Below, one piece after another: positions 39,732 to 48,426 of a stretch of 64,000 bases of DNA (its first letter is position 1; each line of letters opens with the position of its first letter). Position numbers and translations under genes: made by a program. Source of the DNA: Sphingobacteriaceae bacterium (GTDB lineage Bacteria > Bacteroidota > Bacteroidia > Sphingobacteriales > Sphingobacteriaceae); the NCBI GenBank assembly GCA_947459195.1, contig CANHCS010000002.1, forward strand, positions 1,769 through 65,768. The letters are read 5' to 3'. Below the pieces are notes generated by a model. That model did no database searches, had not been told where the DNA came from, and saw only the letters and a program-made list of their open reading frames with translations.

Positions 39732-39782
39732 TGGCTGCTAAGTTCAGAAAAATGGCTGGAATATTTGTAATTTGGCATCCCG

Positions 39783-40811
39783 ATGACCATTAACGAGCTC
39801 CTCAAAGACATTAAAAGCCGAAAATTCAAACCCGTGTACTTGCTGCACGGCGAGGAGCCTTATTACATTGATAAGCTCAGTGAAATGCTGGAGAAATCGG
39901 TACTGACCGAAGCTGAGAAAGGCTTCAATCAAACCATTTTATATGGCAAAGACACCGATGTGGCTACCATCCTGAATACGGTGAAACGTTACCCCATGAT
40001 GAGCGAATTTCAATTTGTGCTTATCAAAGAGGCGCAGGAGGTGAAATGGGGCAAGGAAGAAGAGGACAAAAAATCTACTGATCCCTGGCTGGCCTATCTG
40101 GAAAATCCACTGCCCACCACCATTCTGGTTATCTGTCATAAATACGGCAAATTCGACAAGCGCAAGAAAACCTACAAGGCCATAGAAAAGAACGGAATCG
40201 TTTTTGAATCAGCAGCTTTGTACGATAATAAAATTCCGGGCTGGATAGAAGATTTTGTTCGGGAAAGAGGTTTTGGCATGCATGCCCGCGGGGCTACCCT
40301 GCTGGCCGAATACCTGGGCAACGACCTGTCTAAAATTGCCAATGAGCTAGAAAAGTTATTCCTTAACCTGGCTCCGGGACATGAGATCACACCCGAACAG
40401 ATTCAGGATAATATCGGCATCAGCAAAGAATACAATGTGTTTGAATTGCAGGATGCACTGGCCAAACGAAATGTAATCAAGGCGAACCAGATCGTGGATT
40501 ATTTTGGTGCAAACCCCAAATCGAATCCCATACAAATGGTGCTGGGCGTGCTGAACACCTATTTCAGTAAAGTATTGAAATACCATTATGCCACAGATCG
40601 CAGTCCGCAGGGATTAGCCCGGGAATTGGGTGTCAATCCTTATTTTGTAAAAGATTATGAGATTGCTGGCCGGAATTATGACAAAGCCAAGCTCTTCCGT
40701 ATTTTCAACTTTTTAAGAGAATACGATCTAAAATCAAAGGGTGTTGACGCCACAGGCAACCTGAGCGACGGCGACCTGCTAAAAGAATTGATCTATAAAA
40801 TCATTCATTAA
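39783..40811 (+). CDS. holA: DNA polymerase III subunit delta
   Basis: 342 aa. N-terminal pattern YLLHGEEPYYID and a clamp-loader delta fold pattern. Confidence 0.85.
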   Translation: MTINELLKDIKSRKFKPVYLLHGEEPYYIDKLSEMLEKSVLTEAEKGFNQTILYGKDTDVATILNTVKRYPMMSEFQFVLIKEAQEVKWGKEEEDKKSTDPWLAYLENPLPTTILVICHKYGKFDKRKKTYKAIEKNGIVFESAALYDNKIPGWIEDFVRERGFGMHARGATLLAEYLGNDLSKIANELEKLFLNLAPGHEITPEQIQDNIGISKEYNVFELQDALAKRNVIKANQIVDYFGANPKSNPIQMVLGVLNTYFSKVLKYHYATDRSPQGLARELGVNPYFVKDYEIAGRNYDKAKLFRIFNFLREYDLKSKGVDATGNLSDGDLLKELIYKIIH

Positions 40812-40820
40812 TTGAAACAT

Positions 40821-41225
40821 ATGAACTACTGGTTAGTAAAATCGGAACCTTTTAAGTACAGCTGGGAAAAATTTAATCAGGATGGACGCACTTTTTGGGA
40901 TGGCGTTCGAAATTACCAGGCCCGCAACAACCTGAAAGCCATGAAAGAAGGCGACTTAGTGTTGTTTTACCACAGCAACGAGGGCATGTGTGTGGTAGGT
41001 GTGGCCAAAGTGGTGAAAGAGTTTTACCAGGATCCAACTACCGACGATACCAATTGGGTGGTGGTGGATCTGGTGCCGGTGGAAACCTTAAAGAATCCGG
41101 TAACGCTGGCTCAAATTAAAGCCGATGATCGCTTAAAAGACATTTCTTTGGTACGTCAGGGACGTTTATCAGTGATGCCACTTCAGGCAGCGGAATTTGA
41201 CCGGATTCTCGAACTGGGCAGCTAA
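40821..41225 (+). CDS. EVE domain-containing protein
   Basis: MNYWLVKSEP...W.GVRNYQARN.L..M..GD.V.FYHS is a typical EVE/PUA-like signature. Confidence 0.8.
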   Translation: MNYWLVKSEPFKYSWEKFNQDGRTFWDGVRNYQARNNLKAMKEGDLVLFYHSNEGMCVVGVAKVVKEFYQDPTTDDTNWVVVDLVPVETLKNPVTLAQIKADDRLKDISLVRQGRLSVMPLQAAEFDRILELGS

Positions 41226-41227
41226 GC

Positions 41228-41749
41228 TTACTCTTTCACGAAAAGTGCCTTCAACTCGGTAGCCTCATCCGGCTGCATCCGTCCAGCTAAAATCAAACGC
41301 AGCTGACGGCGACGAAGCGCCCCATCATACAGCTTTTTTTCCTCTTCGGTTTCAATGCTCACCGGTGGTACTGGAACGGTTTTACCATTTTCGGCCAAGG
41401 CCACAAAGGTATAATAGGCCTCATTCGATTTAAATCGGGTACCTGAGGGAATATTTTCGGCCCAAACATCCAAACGTACCTCTACTGAAGTATTGAAAGC
41501 ACGAGTCACCTTAGCTTCAAGCGTTACTACATCGCCTAATTTGATCGGGTGATGGAAAGAAACATTATCTACCGAAGCCGTCACTACGATATGATTGGAG
41601 TGTTTCTGTGCAGCAATGGCTGCCGCGATATCCATCCAATGCAAGAGGCGACCTCCCATTAAATTATTTAGGGTATTGGTATCGTTGGGCAAAACCAACT
41701 CGTTCATCACGATGAAAGAATCTTTTGCAAGCTTGGGACTTAAATTCAT
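41228..41749 (-). CDS. acyl-CoA thioesterase (hotdog fold, YciA-like)
   Basis: Pattern VLPNDTN..NNLMGGRLLHWMD...A. Start taken at MNLSPK (41749) because the -7 box sits just upstream. Confidence 0.85.
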   Translation of the reverse strand: MNLSPKLAKDSFIVMNELVLPNDTNTLNNLMGGRLLHWMDIAAAIAAQKHSNHIVVTASVDNVSFHHPIKLGDVVTLEAKVTRAFNTSVEVRLDVWAENIPSGTRFKSNEAYYTFVALAENGKTVPVPPVSIETEEEKKLYDGALRRRQLRLILAGRMQPDEATELKALFVKE

Positions 41750-41753
41750 ACCA

Positions 41754-41761
41754 CAAAAGTA
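41754..41761 (-). promoter_or_regulatory. -7 promoter box (TACTTTTG), 4 nt upstream of the ATG
   Basis: Exact TAnnTTTG match on the minus strand. The ATG at 41749 follows after TGGT. Confidence 0.4.
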
Positions 41762-41848
41762 CGCAAATTGTGCAGAGTCGAATCTGACACAATTTATACT
41801 TTTTATCACCAAAATATCATTTAAATTAGATCAAAATTTAAAATCCAT

Positions 41849-42427
41849 ATGAAACAGATATTACTTTCTGCTGCAGTATTGATCCTTTCTGGAACAGCAG
41901 TTTTATACTACCTGAACTTTTTTCAAAAAGGCAATGAGGTAAATACCGTAGGCGGTAAATTGTTCTACGACTTATCTATCAAAAGTCTGGATGGGAAGAA
42001 AACCATCAATTTCAAAGATTTTAAAGGCAAAAAAGTATTACTGGTGAATACTGCCTCTAAATGCGGTTATACCCCACAATATGATGGTTTGCAGAAATTG
42101 CAGGAGCGTTATAAAGATAAGCTCATCGTGATTGGCTTACCTTGTAACCAGTTCCTGGGTCAGGAACCTGGCACTGCAGATGAGATCGGTGAATTTTGCC
42201 AGAAAAATTATGGCGTAACTTTCCAGATGACCGAGAAGATTGACGTAAAAGGTAAAGGACAACATCCGGTTTACCAGTGGCTGTGCCAGAAAGAAAATAA
42301 CGGCGTTCAGGATGTGACGGTTGGCTGGAACTTCGGTAAATTCCTGATCGACGAAAAAGGGAATTATGTAGCGTATTTCCCTTCGAAAGTTGATCCACTA
42401 AGCGCAGAGATCACTTCTAAACTTTAA
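41849..42427 (+). CDS. glutathione peroxidase (Cys type)
   Basis: Motifs LLVNTASKCGYT, LGLPCNQF, WNFGKFL. N-terminal TM segment or signal peptide. Confidence 0.9.
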   Translation: MKQILLSAAVLILSGTAVLYYLNFFQKGNEVNTVGGKLFYDLSIKSLDGKKTINFKDFKGKKVLLVNTASKCGYTPQYDGLQKLQERYKDKLIVIGLPCNQFLGQEPGTADEIGEFCQKNYGVTFQMTEKIDVKGKGQHPVYQWLCQKENNGVQDVTVGWNFGKFLIDEKGNYVAYFPSKVDPLSAEITSKL

Positions 42428-42448
42428 ATTTAATTAAGCAATACATCA

Positions 42449-42483
42449 TCCCCTTGGAAAATCTTCCAAGGGGATTTTTTTAT
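42449..42483 (+). terminator. rho-independent terminator after the gpx gene
   Basis: 11-bp stem TCCCCTTGGAA / TTCCAAGGGGA followed by a run of 9 T. Confidence 0.8.
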
Positions 42484-42506
42484 GTTCATTTCTGTATTTT
42501 TACTCC

Positions 42507-43310
42507 ATGGCCCATACTCCTCCAGCTCCGGCAACCACGCCTTCTAATGCTTTTGAACGTTTGTTAAGCATCATGAACACCTTACGGGAAGAATGCCCTT
42601 GGGATAAGAAACAGACCTTTGAGAGCCTGCGTCACCTCACCATTGAGGAAACTTACGAACTGTCGGATGCCATTTTAGATGGTGACATGGAGGAGATTCG
42701 CAAAGAATTAGGCGACATCATGCTGCATTTGGTTTTTTATGCACGAATTGGATCAGAAACTAACGATTTCAGCATTACCGATGTACTGAATGGCATTAGC
42801 GATAAACTCATATCCCGTCACCCGCATATTTACGGAGATGTAGTGGTGAATAATGAAGATGATGTAAAAAAGAACTGGGAGCAGTTGAAATTGAAAGAAG
42901 GGAACAAATCCGTGCTTTCCGGTGTGCCCTCTTCCTTACCAGCGCTCATTAAAGCTTCACGCATACAAGAAAAAGCCCGGGGTGTCGGTTTTGACTGGGA
43001 AGATAAAAGCCAGGTTTGGCAAAAAGTGGAGGAAGAACTGCAGGAATTCAAGGCAGAATTCGACACTGCAGACAACAAAGCCATTGACAAGGAAAAAGCA
43101 GAGAGCGAATTTGGCGATCTCTTGTTTTCTTTGATCAATTACGCCCGCTTCATCGATATCAACCCCGAAGATGCTCTGGAAAAAACTAATAAGAAATTTA
43201 TCAAACGCTTTCAATATCTCGAAAATAAGGCTAAAAAATCAGGTAAAAACCTGAAAGACATGACTTTAGCGGAAATGGATGTTTTTTGGGAGGAAGCAAA
43301 AAAGGCCTAA
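42507..43310 (+). CDS. mazG: nucleoside triphosphate pyrophosphohydrolase MazG
   Basis: Two MazG domains (EETYEL.DAI....E.....ELGD...) in 267 aa. Confidence 0.9.
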   Translation: MAHTPPAPATTPSNAFERLLSIMNTLREECPWDKKQTFESLRHLTIEETYELSDAILDGDMEEIRKELGDIMLHLVFYARIGSETNDFSITDVLNGISDKLISRHPHIYGDVVVNNEDDVKKNWEQLKLKEGNKSVLSGVPSSLPALIKASRIQEKARGVGFDWEDKSQVWQKVEEELQEFKAEFDTADNKAIDKEKAESEFGDLLFSLINYARFIDINPEDALEKTNKKFIKRFQYLENKAKKSGKNLKDMTLAEMDVFWEEAKKA

Positions 43311-43458
43311 ACATAACACTTCTCTAAAAAATCCTTTTTTCAATTATTGCAGCTTATCGGCTAATTGGCATTCCCTGTCAAAACAACACCCTTGTATTTC
43401 TGTTAATCTTTTTATTGAACTCTATTTCACAGATTTTTACAAAAAGCAAGACATCTTT

Positions 43459-46400
43459 ATGGGTAGAATTACAAAGTTTTTCGCCTGTAACCTTATCAAA
43501 AAACAATTTAAGATTAATTTATTTCTGGGCATTTCAATAGGGTTTTGTTTAATAAGCGCCAAATCTTATAGCCAGTTTGATGCCCTGAGGAACGATATGT
43601 ACAGAAACGGGGTGGTGGGCACCTTGTACAATTCATTTCCGTACATGATTGAAAAAGCTACGACATCATACTATGGCAGACAAAATTTATACGGAATGGT
43701 TTTCTTACCATTCGTAATAAATGAATATGACGGAAGCGTGGTTCCCATGCCATTTATCCCGCCTTATACCACAGGTATTGCATTATGTACAATCAAGGCT
43801 CCTGCACTAGGAATTTATGCCAGTAATGAAGTAGTTGGACTTTTTGAGGATCCGGAAACCAATAGATTTATAGTTGCTCCATTTGCCAGTATTATTCCAG
43901 CAAATGCTAATTTTCTTCATTATAATGGCCCGTTTAACACGATGGCTCATCTTAACAAACGCCCAGAACCCTGGTTTTACAACCCTTTAGAAAGCGAATT
44001 GGGTGTAAGCGTTTTAGAGGGAATTCAAAAATTCAGCGCTTTTACCCATGAGCTATTCAACTGGAACGGTTTTGACAAAGCAGGGAATACCTGTATCAGT
44101 GCAGTGCTGAGCAGGGAATTACCTACAGGCTTCAGTACGCAAAAGAAGATCATCAGCTTGAATAATTATTCATATATACACCCCGATGTAAGTAGAGATA
44201 TCATCGGACATGAGATTAGTCATGGCATCATTTTAGAATCCTTAGGTCCACCACCCTCGGGTGATGATATCATTGATGACCCGATTATCCCCAACCCGAT
44301 GATGCACCCGGAAATGGATGCCTTAGCCGAGTCATTCTGTGATATCATGGGACTTTCAATGGATAATTGGTACGGGCCTGGTAAGTTTGATGAGCCAAAC
44401 TGGAGAATTGGCTTTCATCAGGGTAACGATATATTCAATAAAGCCTTGAGGCCATTTGACATACCCAAAATGCGGAAATTCCCCAATACCTATATGGGCA
44501 GGTACTATCGATTTCCGGACAGACCCGATTATGACCCTCATGCCAATGCAGAAATCATGAACTACTGGTTCTATTTACTCAATTCTATTAAATCTGGAAC
44601 AGTGGATGATAGTTGGAATGATGATGATTTATATAGTACGACGCCGCTCATTCCTGGGGATAAAGAGGCCACCTATAAATTGGCACTTCAGTTGGTATTT
44701 AAAACCTTTACAGAAAAATTAACTTATCAGTCTAAATTCCATGATGTGCGGGCAGCCACACTTGAGGTCATTCAAGAGCTGGGGTACCCTATTGGCTCTC
44801 ATGTTTACCAACAAGTAATGAATGCATGGTATGCTGTAGGGGTTGGCAAGAAGTGGGACCCAAATACCAATAACCCTAATTGTGATGCTCCTAATACAGG
44901 ACTTAGCTGGTTTAATGGTAAAGTAAATTTCAAAACCCTGAAAACAACAATAGGACAAGACCCTGCAAGCGGACCATTTTTTTCATTAAAAAACTGTGCC
45001 GACCAGCCCGGCATCCAAACAAAACAATTCAACCCCAACACTAGGGAGGCAGAATTAGCTATCGATGCGGATGGAGACCAGATCTTTCATCCAGAAAACA
45101 ATACAGATATTTCGAAGTCTTCGGTAGGCGTACATTGGGCCACGGAATACACCAATAATTGGTTCAAGAAATATCTTGATCATATCGGCCCCCTAGGTGA
45201 TGGCAGTATTCAAATCCATAATATTTTAGGAGATCCGGGACATAGCAAAGCAGTTTTTGATATCCCAAGTCGCACTTATTTCTATCCATACACACCAGAT
45301 GCCTCAGACCTGGATGCTGTGGTACAAACTTATTTTTCAGGCATTAATCATTTCCTGAAAGGTGATCAAAACATTAATCAGGATTACGCAAATCCAGAAT
45401 GGGAGGCCCTCAAAACCGGAATAGCTCAAATAATGGCACTGAATGTAAAAAACCAATATCAGACGGGTATTCCTTACGTTAAACCACAAATCTGGACATT
45501 AGGCGAGAACATCCCGAATAATCCTCAGGTATTAGATTTTGCTCACCCGGAATATGCCAGCATGCCTAAATTATACCAAGGCCAAAACTGGGATTTGGCG
45601 TACCCTTCCAGAAATGCTTCGCTAATCAATTTCTGGTATTATTTGCTGGTGAATGGCACTAATGAAGCAAACGGCTATCGGAACGAAAAGGGGAACACTT
45701 ACTTTGTTTTTCCAATAGCAAATGACCTGGCCCTGAAAATTATATGGAAAGCTTATGGTCTAATTCCCCTGCATGGCACATTTGAAGAATTTAGGTTGGC
45801 TACCCACCAGGTGCTGCATAGTTTGGGTTATGACCAAAAAAGCAAAGAATACATTGCCCTGCATGATGCCTGGGCTGCTGTGATGAATTTACCGGATTAT
45901 GCTGCAAGCTTAAAAACCAATCCGGAAAACGGACAAGTCATCTATCCATGGTCCGCAAAACTGGGCATTGAGGTAGAATATCCACTTTACGAAAGTAGTA
46001 GGGTTTTTGAAGTCAGCGAGAGTCCGAAATTTGATGATCAGGTAGCTTTGGTATATCGATTCTTGAACTACAGCTCTCCAGATTTAAACAATGGAATGAG
46101 CTTCGGCAGGCTTAATCTACAACCGGGGAAGACATATTATTGGCGTTCTCATTTGCTCGAATCTGGCAACAGAATTATTGGAGTGGGCGGCAATTGCGAT
46201 AGCAGCCCCGATCCAGCATTTTGTTTATCCTTGAAAAATAAACAAAAGTGGACAAGCACTTTCACTTTTAATACCGCAGCCGTTGCTGCTCCACAAGATC
46301 TTACTCCAGCGGAAGGAAGCATCGCTAAAGCCTGGAAAACACCTTTTCAGTGGAACGCTGTTTTAGGCGCAGACAGCTACTTATTGAATATCAGCGACCA

Positions 46401-48042
46401 ATCTGGAGTTGTACCAGCACAAGAAATTCAATTAACTCGACCTTATGATGAGGACGAAGCAATTGTTTACCATGAATTGGCCTTGGGAAAAGCCAAGTCA
46501 TATAACTGGAAAGTTCTGGGAAAAGCAAAAACAGGTTCTGAGGAGGGCGTTAAACGAATAGAGAATCCATTATTTGGAACATTTGACTATATAATGCTCA
46601 ATGAAGGAGAAAAAGCTCAACATCCAGATGCTTTGGGTGATATTTCAGGACCGATCATCTTCCGTACGGACATCCCAAAGATTACTTTAGGAATACCCGC
46701 TGACTTCACCCGTGTACCCATGTTGGGTACGCTGCAAATTAGTGCCACCAGTGAAGAACCCCGAGCCGACCGTTATTTAAGTCGATTTTTCCTGAATGGT
46801 GATTTTCAGGATCCAGAATGGAGGAATTACCATCCAAATCCAAGTATTTTAGATATTAAACTGAGTGCAAGCGATTATCTCGAAGATGGACATACTTACG
46901 GATGGACATTCGTTCCTATCAAAGATCCCGTACCTCCATTTATTCCAAGCATAGAGGAAGGCGAAACTCCATCCCCATTCCATATTGTTGTAGATAGAAA
47001 CTTTATTCAAAAACCGAGAATTATTCCATTAAGCTGTGTAGAAATTGGCAAACCAGTAGTTTTAAGATGGGAACCTGTTGAAGGTGCATCTCTTTATCAA
47101 TACACCATCAAAAAGCTCAGCAATCAACAAATTGTGGCTTTTGGAGAGACCCAAGAGCTAAAATCACCACCGATTATTCAGGTTAGTGAGCCTTTTAACA
47201 CTTACGAATGGCAGCTGAGTGCGGGAGTAAAAGACAGAAATAATAATTTGGTTTTCGGACCAGCAGCAAGTGATACCTACGATATTCATCTTCAAAAACC
47301 TGAAAACTTAATTCCTGCACATCAAAATGTTGTCTTGGGAACAAACCGGTCCGTTAATTTAAGCTGGGATGCCCTTCCAGGTATAAGTGATTACCGATTT
47401 AGCCTGTACAAAAAAGTCGGACTAAACAGTTATGAATCTATTATTGAGAATAAAACCACCATTGGAAATAGCGTTTATATAGAAAATCTGGAATACGAAT
47501 CCATTTATCAATGGTATGTAGCAGGGATTGGTGCAAACCCCGATTGTGTGAACCCTAGTAAGGCGGAATTCAACACGCAAAAATCACCATCTAGGTATGA
47601 TTTAGGATTTACACTTTATGTGCAAGATTTGGTTGGACCCAATAAACAATCAATCCCAGGTAGCTTCAGCTACGTAGTAGAATTATTTAGGCCAGATGGT
47701 ACACTTGAATTTAGAAATTTGATAAACGCCAATGATCCTTTGCAGGTTGGATTTTCTCCGGGTAATCCTTCTCAGCTAATAGGCGGCTTGCTAAACGGGC
47801 AAGTTCTGGATCAAGATGGGGATTATTTGGTAAGACTGACCATTCAATCCGTTTTTTCTGGACTCACAGATCCTTGGGCAGAACCGGAAGTGCTAATTAA
47901 AGCACAAGAATATGTTAAAGAAGCAGGGCAAAACTGGAAATTGAATGAAGAGATCAGACCCGATCCGCCACAAATCTATTTCCCGGGCAGGGTCGTCGGT
48001 TCTTCAGTTCATCTAAAATTTCATTATGAAAAACCTAATTGA
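43459..48042 (+). CDS. large secreted thermolysin-like (M4-type gluzincin) metalloprotease. Contains a second, degenerate protease-like module and five repeat modules. No CTD of its own.
   Basis: Signal peptide MGRITKFF...GFCLISAKSYSQ. HEISH at 44209-44223. Third-ligand motif ALAESFCDIMG (Glu codon 44329-44331), comparable to thermolysin NEAISDIFG. The track ORF start at 43279 overlaps mazG and was rejected. Confidence 0.85.
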   Translation: MGRITKFFACNLIKKQFKINLFLGISIGFCLISAKSYSQFDALRNDMYRNGVVGTLYNSFPYMIEKATTSYYGRQNLYGMVFLPFVINEYDGSVVPMPFIPPYTTGIALCTIKAPALGIYASNEVVGLFEDPETNRFIVAPFASIIPANANFLHYNGPFNTMAHLNKRPEPWFYNPLESELGVSVLEGIQKFSAFTHELFNWNGFDKAGNTCISAVLSRELPTGFSTQKKIISLNNYSYIHPDVSRDIIGHEISHGIILESLGPPPSGDDIIDDPIIPNPMMHPEMDALAESFCDIMGLSMDNWYGPGKFDEPNWRIGFHQGNDIFNKALRPFDIPKMRKFPNTYMGRYYRFPDRPDYDPHANAEIMNYWFYLLNSIKSGTVDDSWNDDDLYSTTPLIPGDKEATYKLALQLVFKTFTEKLTYQSKFHDVRAATLEVIQELGYPIGSHVYQQVMNAWYAVGVGKKWDPNTNNPNCDAPNTGLSWFNGKVNFKTLKTTIGQDPASGPFFSLKNCADQPGIQTKQFNPNTREAELAIDADGDQIFHPENNTDISKSSVGVHWATEYTNNWFKKYLDHIGPLGDGSIQIHNILGDPGHSKAVFDIPSRTYFYPYTPDASDLDAVVQTYFSGINHFLKGDQNINQDYANPEWEALKTGIAQIMALNVKNQYQTGIPYVKPQIWTLGENIPNNPQVLDFAHPEYASMPKLYQGQNWDLAYPSRNASLINFWYYLLVNGTNEANGYRNEKGNTYFVFPIANDLALKIIWKAYGLIPLHGTFEEFRLATHQVLHSLGYDQKSKEYIALHDAWAAVMNLPDYAASLKTNPENGQVIYPWSAKLGIEVEYPLYESSRVFEVSESPKFDDQVALVYRFLNYSSPDLNNGMSFGRLNLQPGKTYYWRSHLLESGNRIIGVGGNCDSSPDPAFCLSLKNKQKWTSTFTFNTAAVAAPQDLTPAEGSIAKAWKTPFQWNAVLGADSYLLNISDQSGVVPAQEIQLTRPYDEDEAIVYHELALGKAKSYNWKVLGKAKTGSEEGVKRIENPLFGTFDYIMLNEGEKAQHPDALGDISGPIIFRTDIPKITLGIPADFTRVPMLGTLQISATSEEPRADRYLSRFFLNGDFQDPEWRNYHPNPSILDIKLSASDYLEDGHTYGWTFVPIKDPVPPFIPSIEEGETPSPFHIVVDRNFIQKPRIIPLSCVEIGKPVVLRWEPVEGASLYQYTIKKLSNQQIVAFGETQELKSPPIIQVSEPFNTYEWQLSAGVKDRNNNLVFGPAASDTYDIHLQKPENLIPAHQNVVLGTNRSVNLSWDALPGISDYRFSLYKKVGLNSYESIIENKTTIGNSVYIENLEYESIYQWYVAGIGANPDCVNPSKAEFNTQKSPSRYDLGFTLYVQDLVGPNKQSIPGSFSYVVELFRPDGTLEFRNLINANDPLQVGFSPGNPSQLIGGLLNGQVLDQDGDYLVRLTIQSVFSGLTDPWAEPEVLIKAQEYVKEAGQNWKLNEEIRPDPPQIYFPGRVVGSSVHLKFHYEKPN

Positions 48043-48048
48043 CAAACT

Positions 48049-48420
48049 ATGAATTATACCACCTATAGATTAATCATTTTACTGATGTGTAAAAGCCTAC
48101 ATTTTAAGTTGGCTGCACAAGAGATAGACACTGAAAAAAAACGTTTTTTCTTTTATCCAAATGAAAAGGCCGTTCAGATGGAACGAAAGCAGCTGAACTT
48201 AGCGCCCAATCCTGCGAAAGATTTTGTAGAGATTAGGATGGATAACCCAAGTCGACTTCCTTTCAAATTAGAAATGTTCGATTTTAATGGGGCCCGAGTG
48301 CTTTTACAGGAATGGAAAGGTGAAAAAATTGATTTAAACCCATTTTCATCGGGACTTTACATTCTTAAACTAAGTGGAGATAGAGAAAGTTTTTCGAGAA
48401 AGCTATTGATCAAAAAGTAA
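48049..48420 (+). CDS. small T9SS type-A C-terminal sorting domain protein (signal peptide plus about 24 aa plus CTD)
   Basis: N-terminus MNYTTYRLIILLMCKSLHFKLAAQ. CTD hallmarks LAPNPAKDFVEI, FSSGLYILKL, RKLLIKK at the extreme C-terminus. Confidence 0.7.
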   Translation: MNYTTYRLIILLMCKSLHFKLAAQEIDTEKKRFFFYPNEKAVQMERKQLNLAPNPAKDFVEIRMDNPSRLPFKLEMFDFNGARVLLQEWKGEKIDLNPFSSGLYILKLSGDRESFSRKLLIKK

Positions 48421-48426
48421 ATCGGA

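Noticed and set aside
40895-41119. Gly/Arg-rich 74-aa alternate-frame ORF within the EVE gene
   Set aside because: The EVE frame has a clear family signature. The alternate frame is a compositional artefact.
41849-42427. Possible selenocysteine recoding in the glutathione peroxidase
   Set aside because: The active-site residue is an ordinary Cys codon (ASKCGYT) and there is no in-frame TGA.
43279-43458. N-terminal 60-codon extension of the giant ORF, overlapping the 3' end of mazG
   Set aside because: The extension has no signal peptide and reads like translated intergenic DNA. The ATG at 43459 yields a classic signal peptide (MGRITKFF...LISAKSYSQ).
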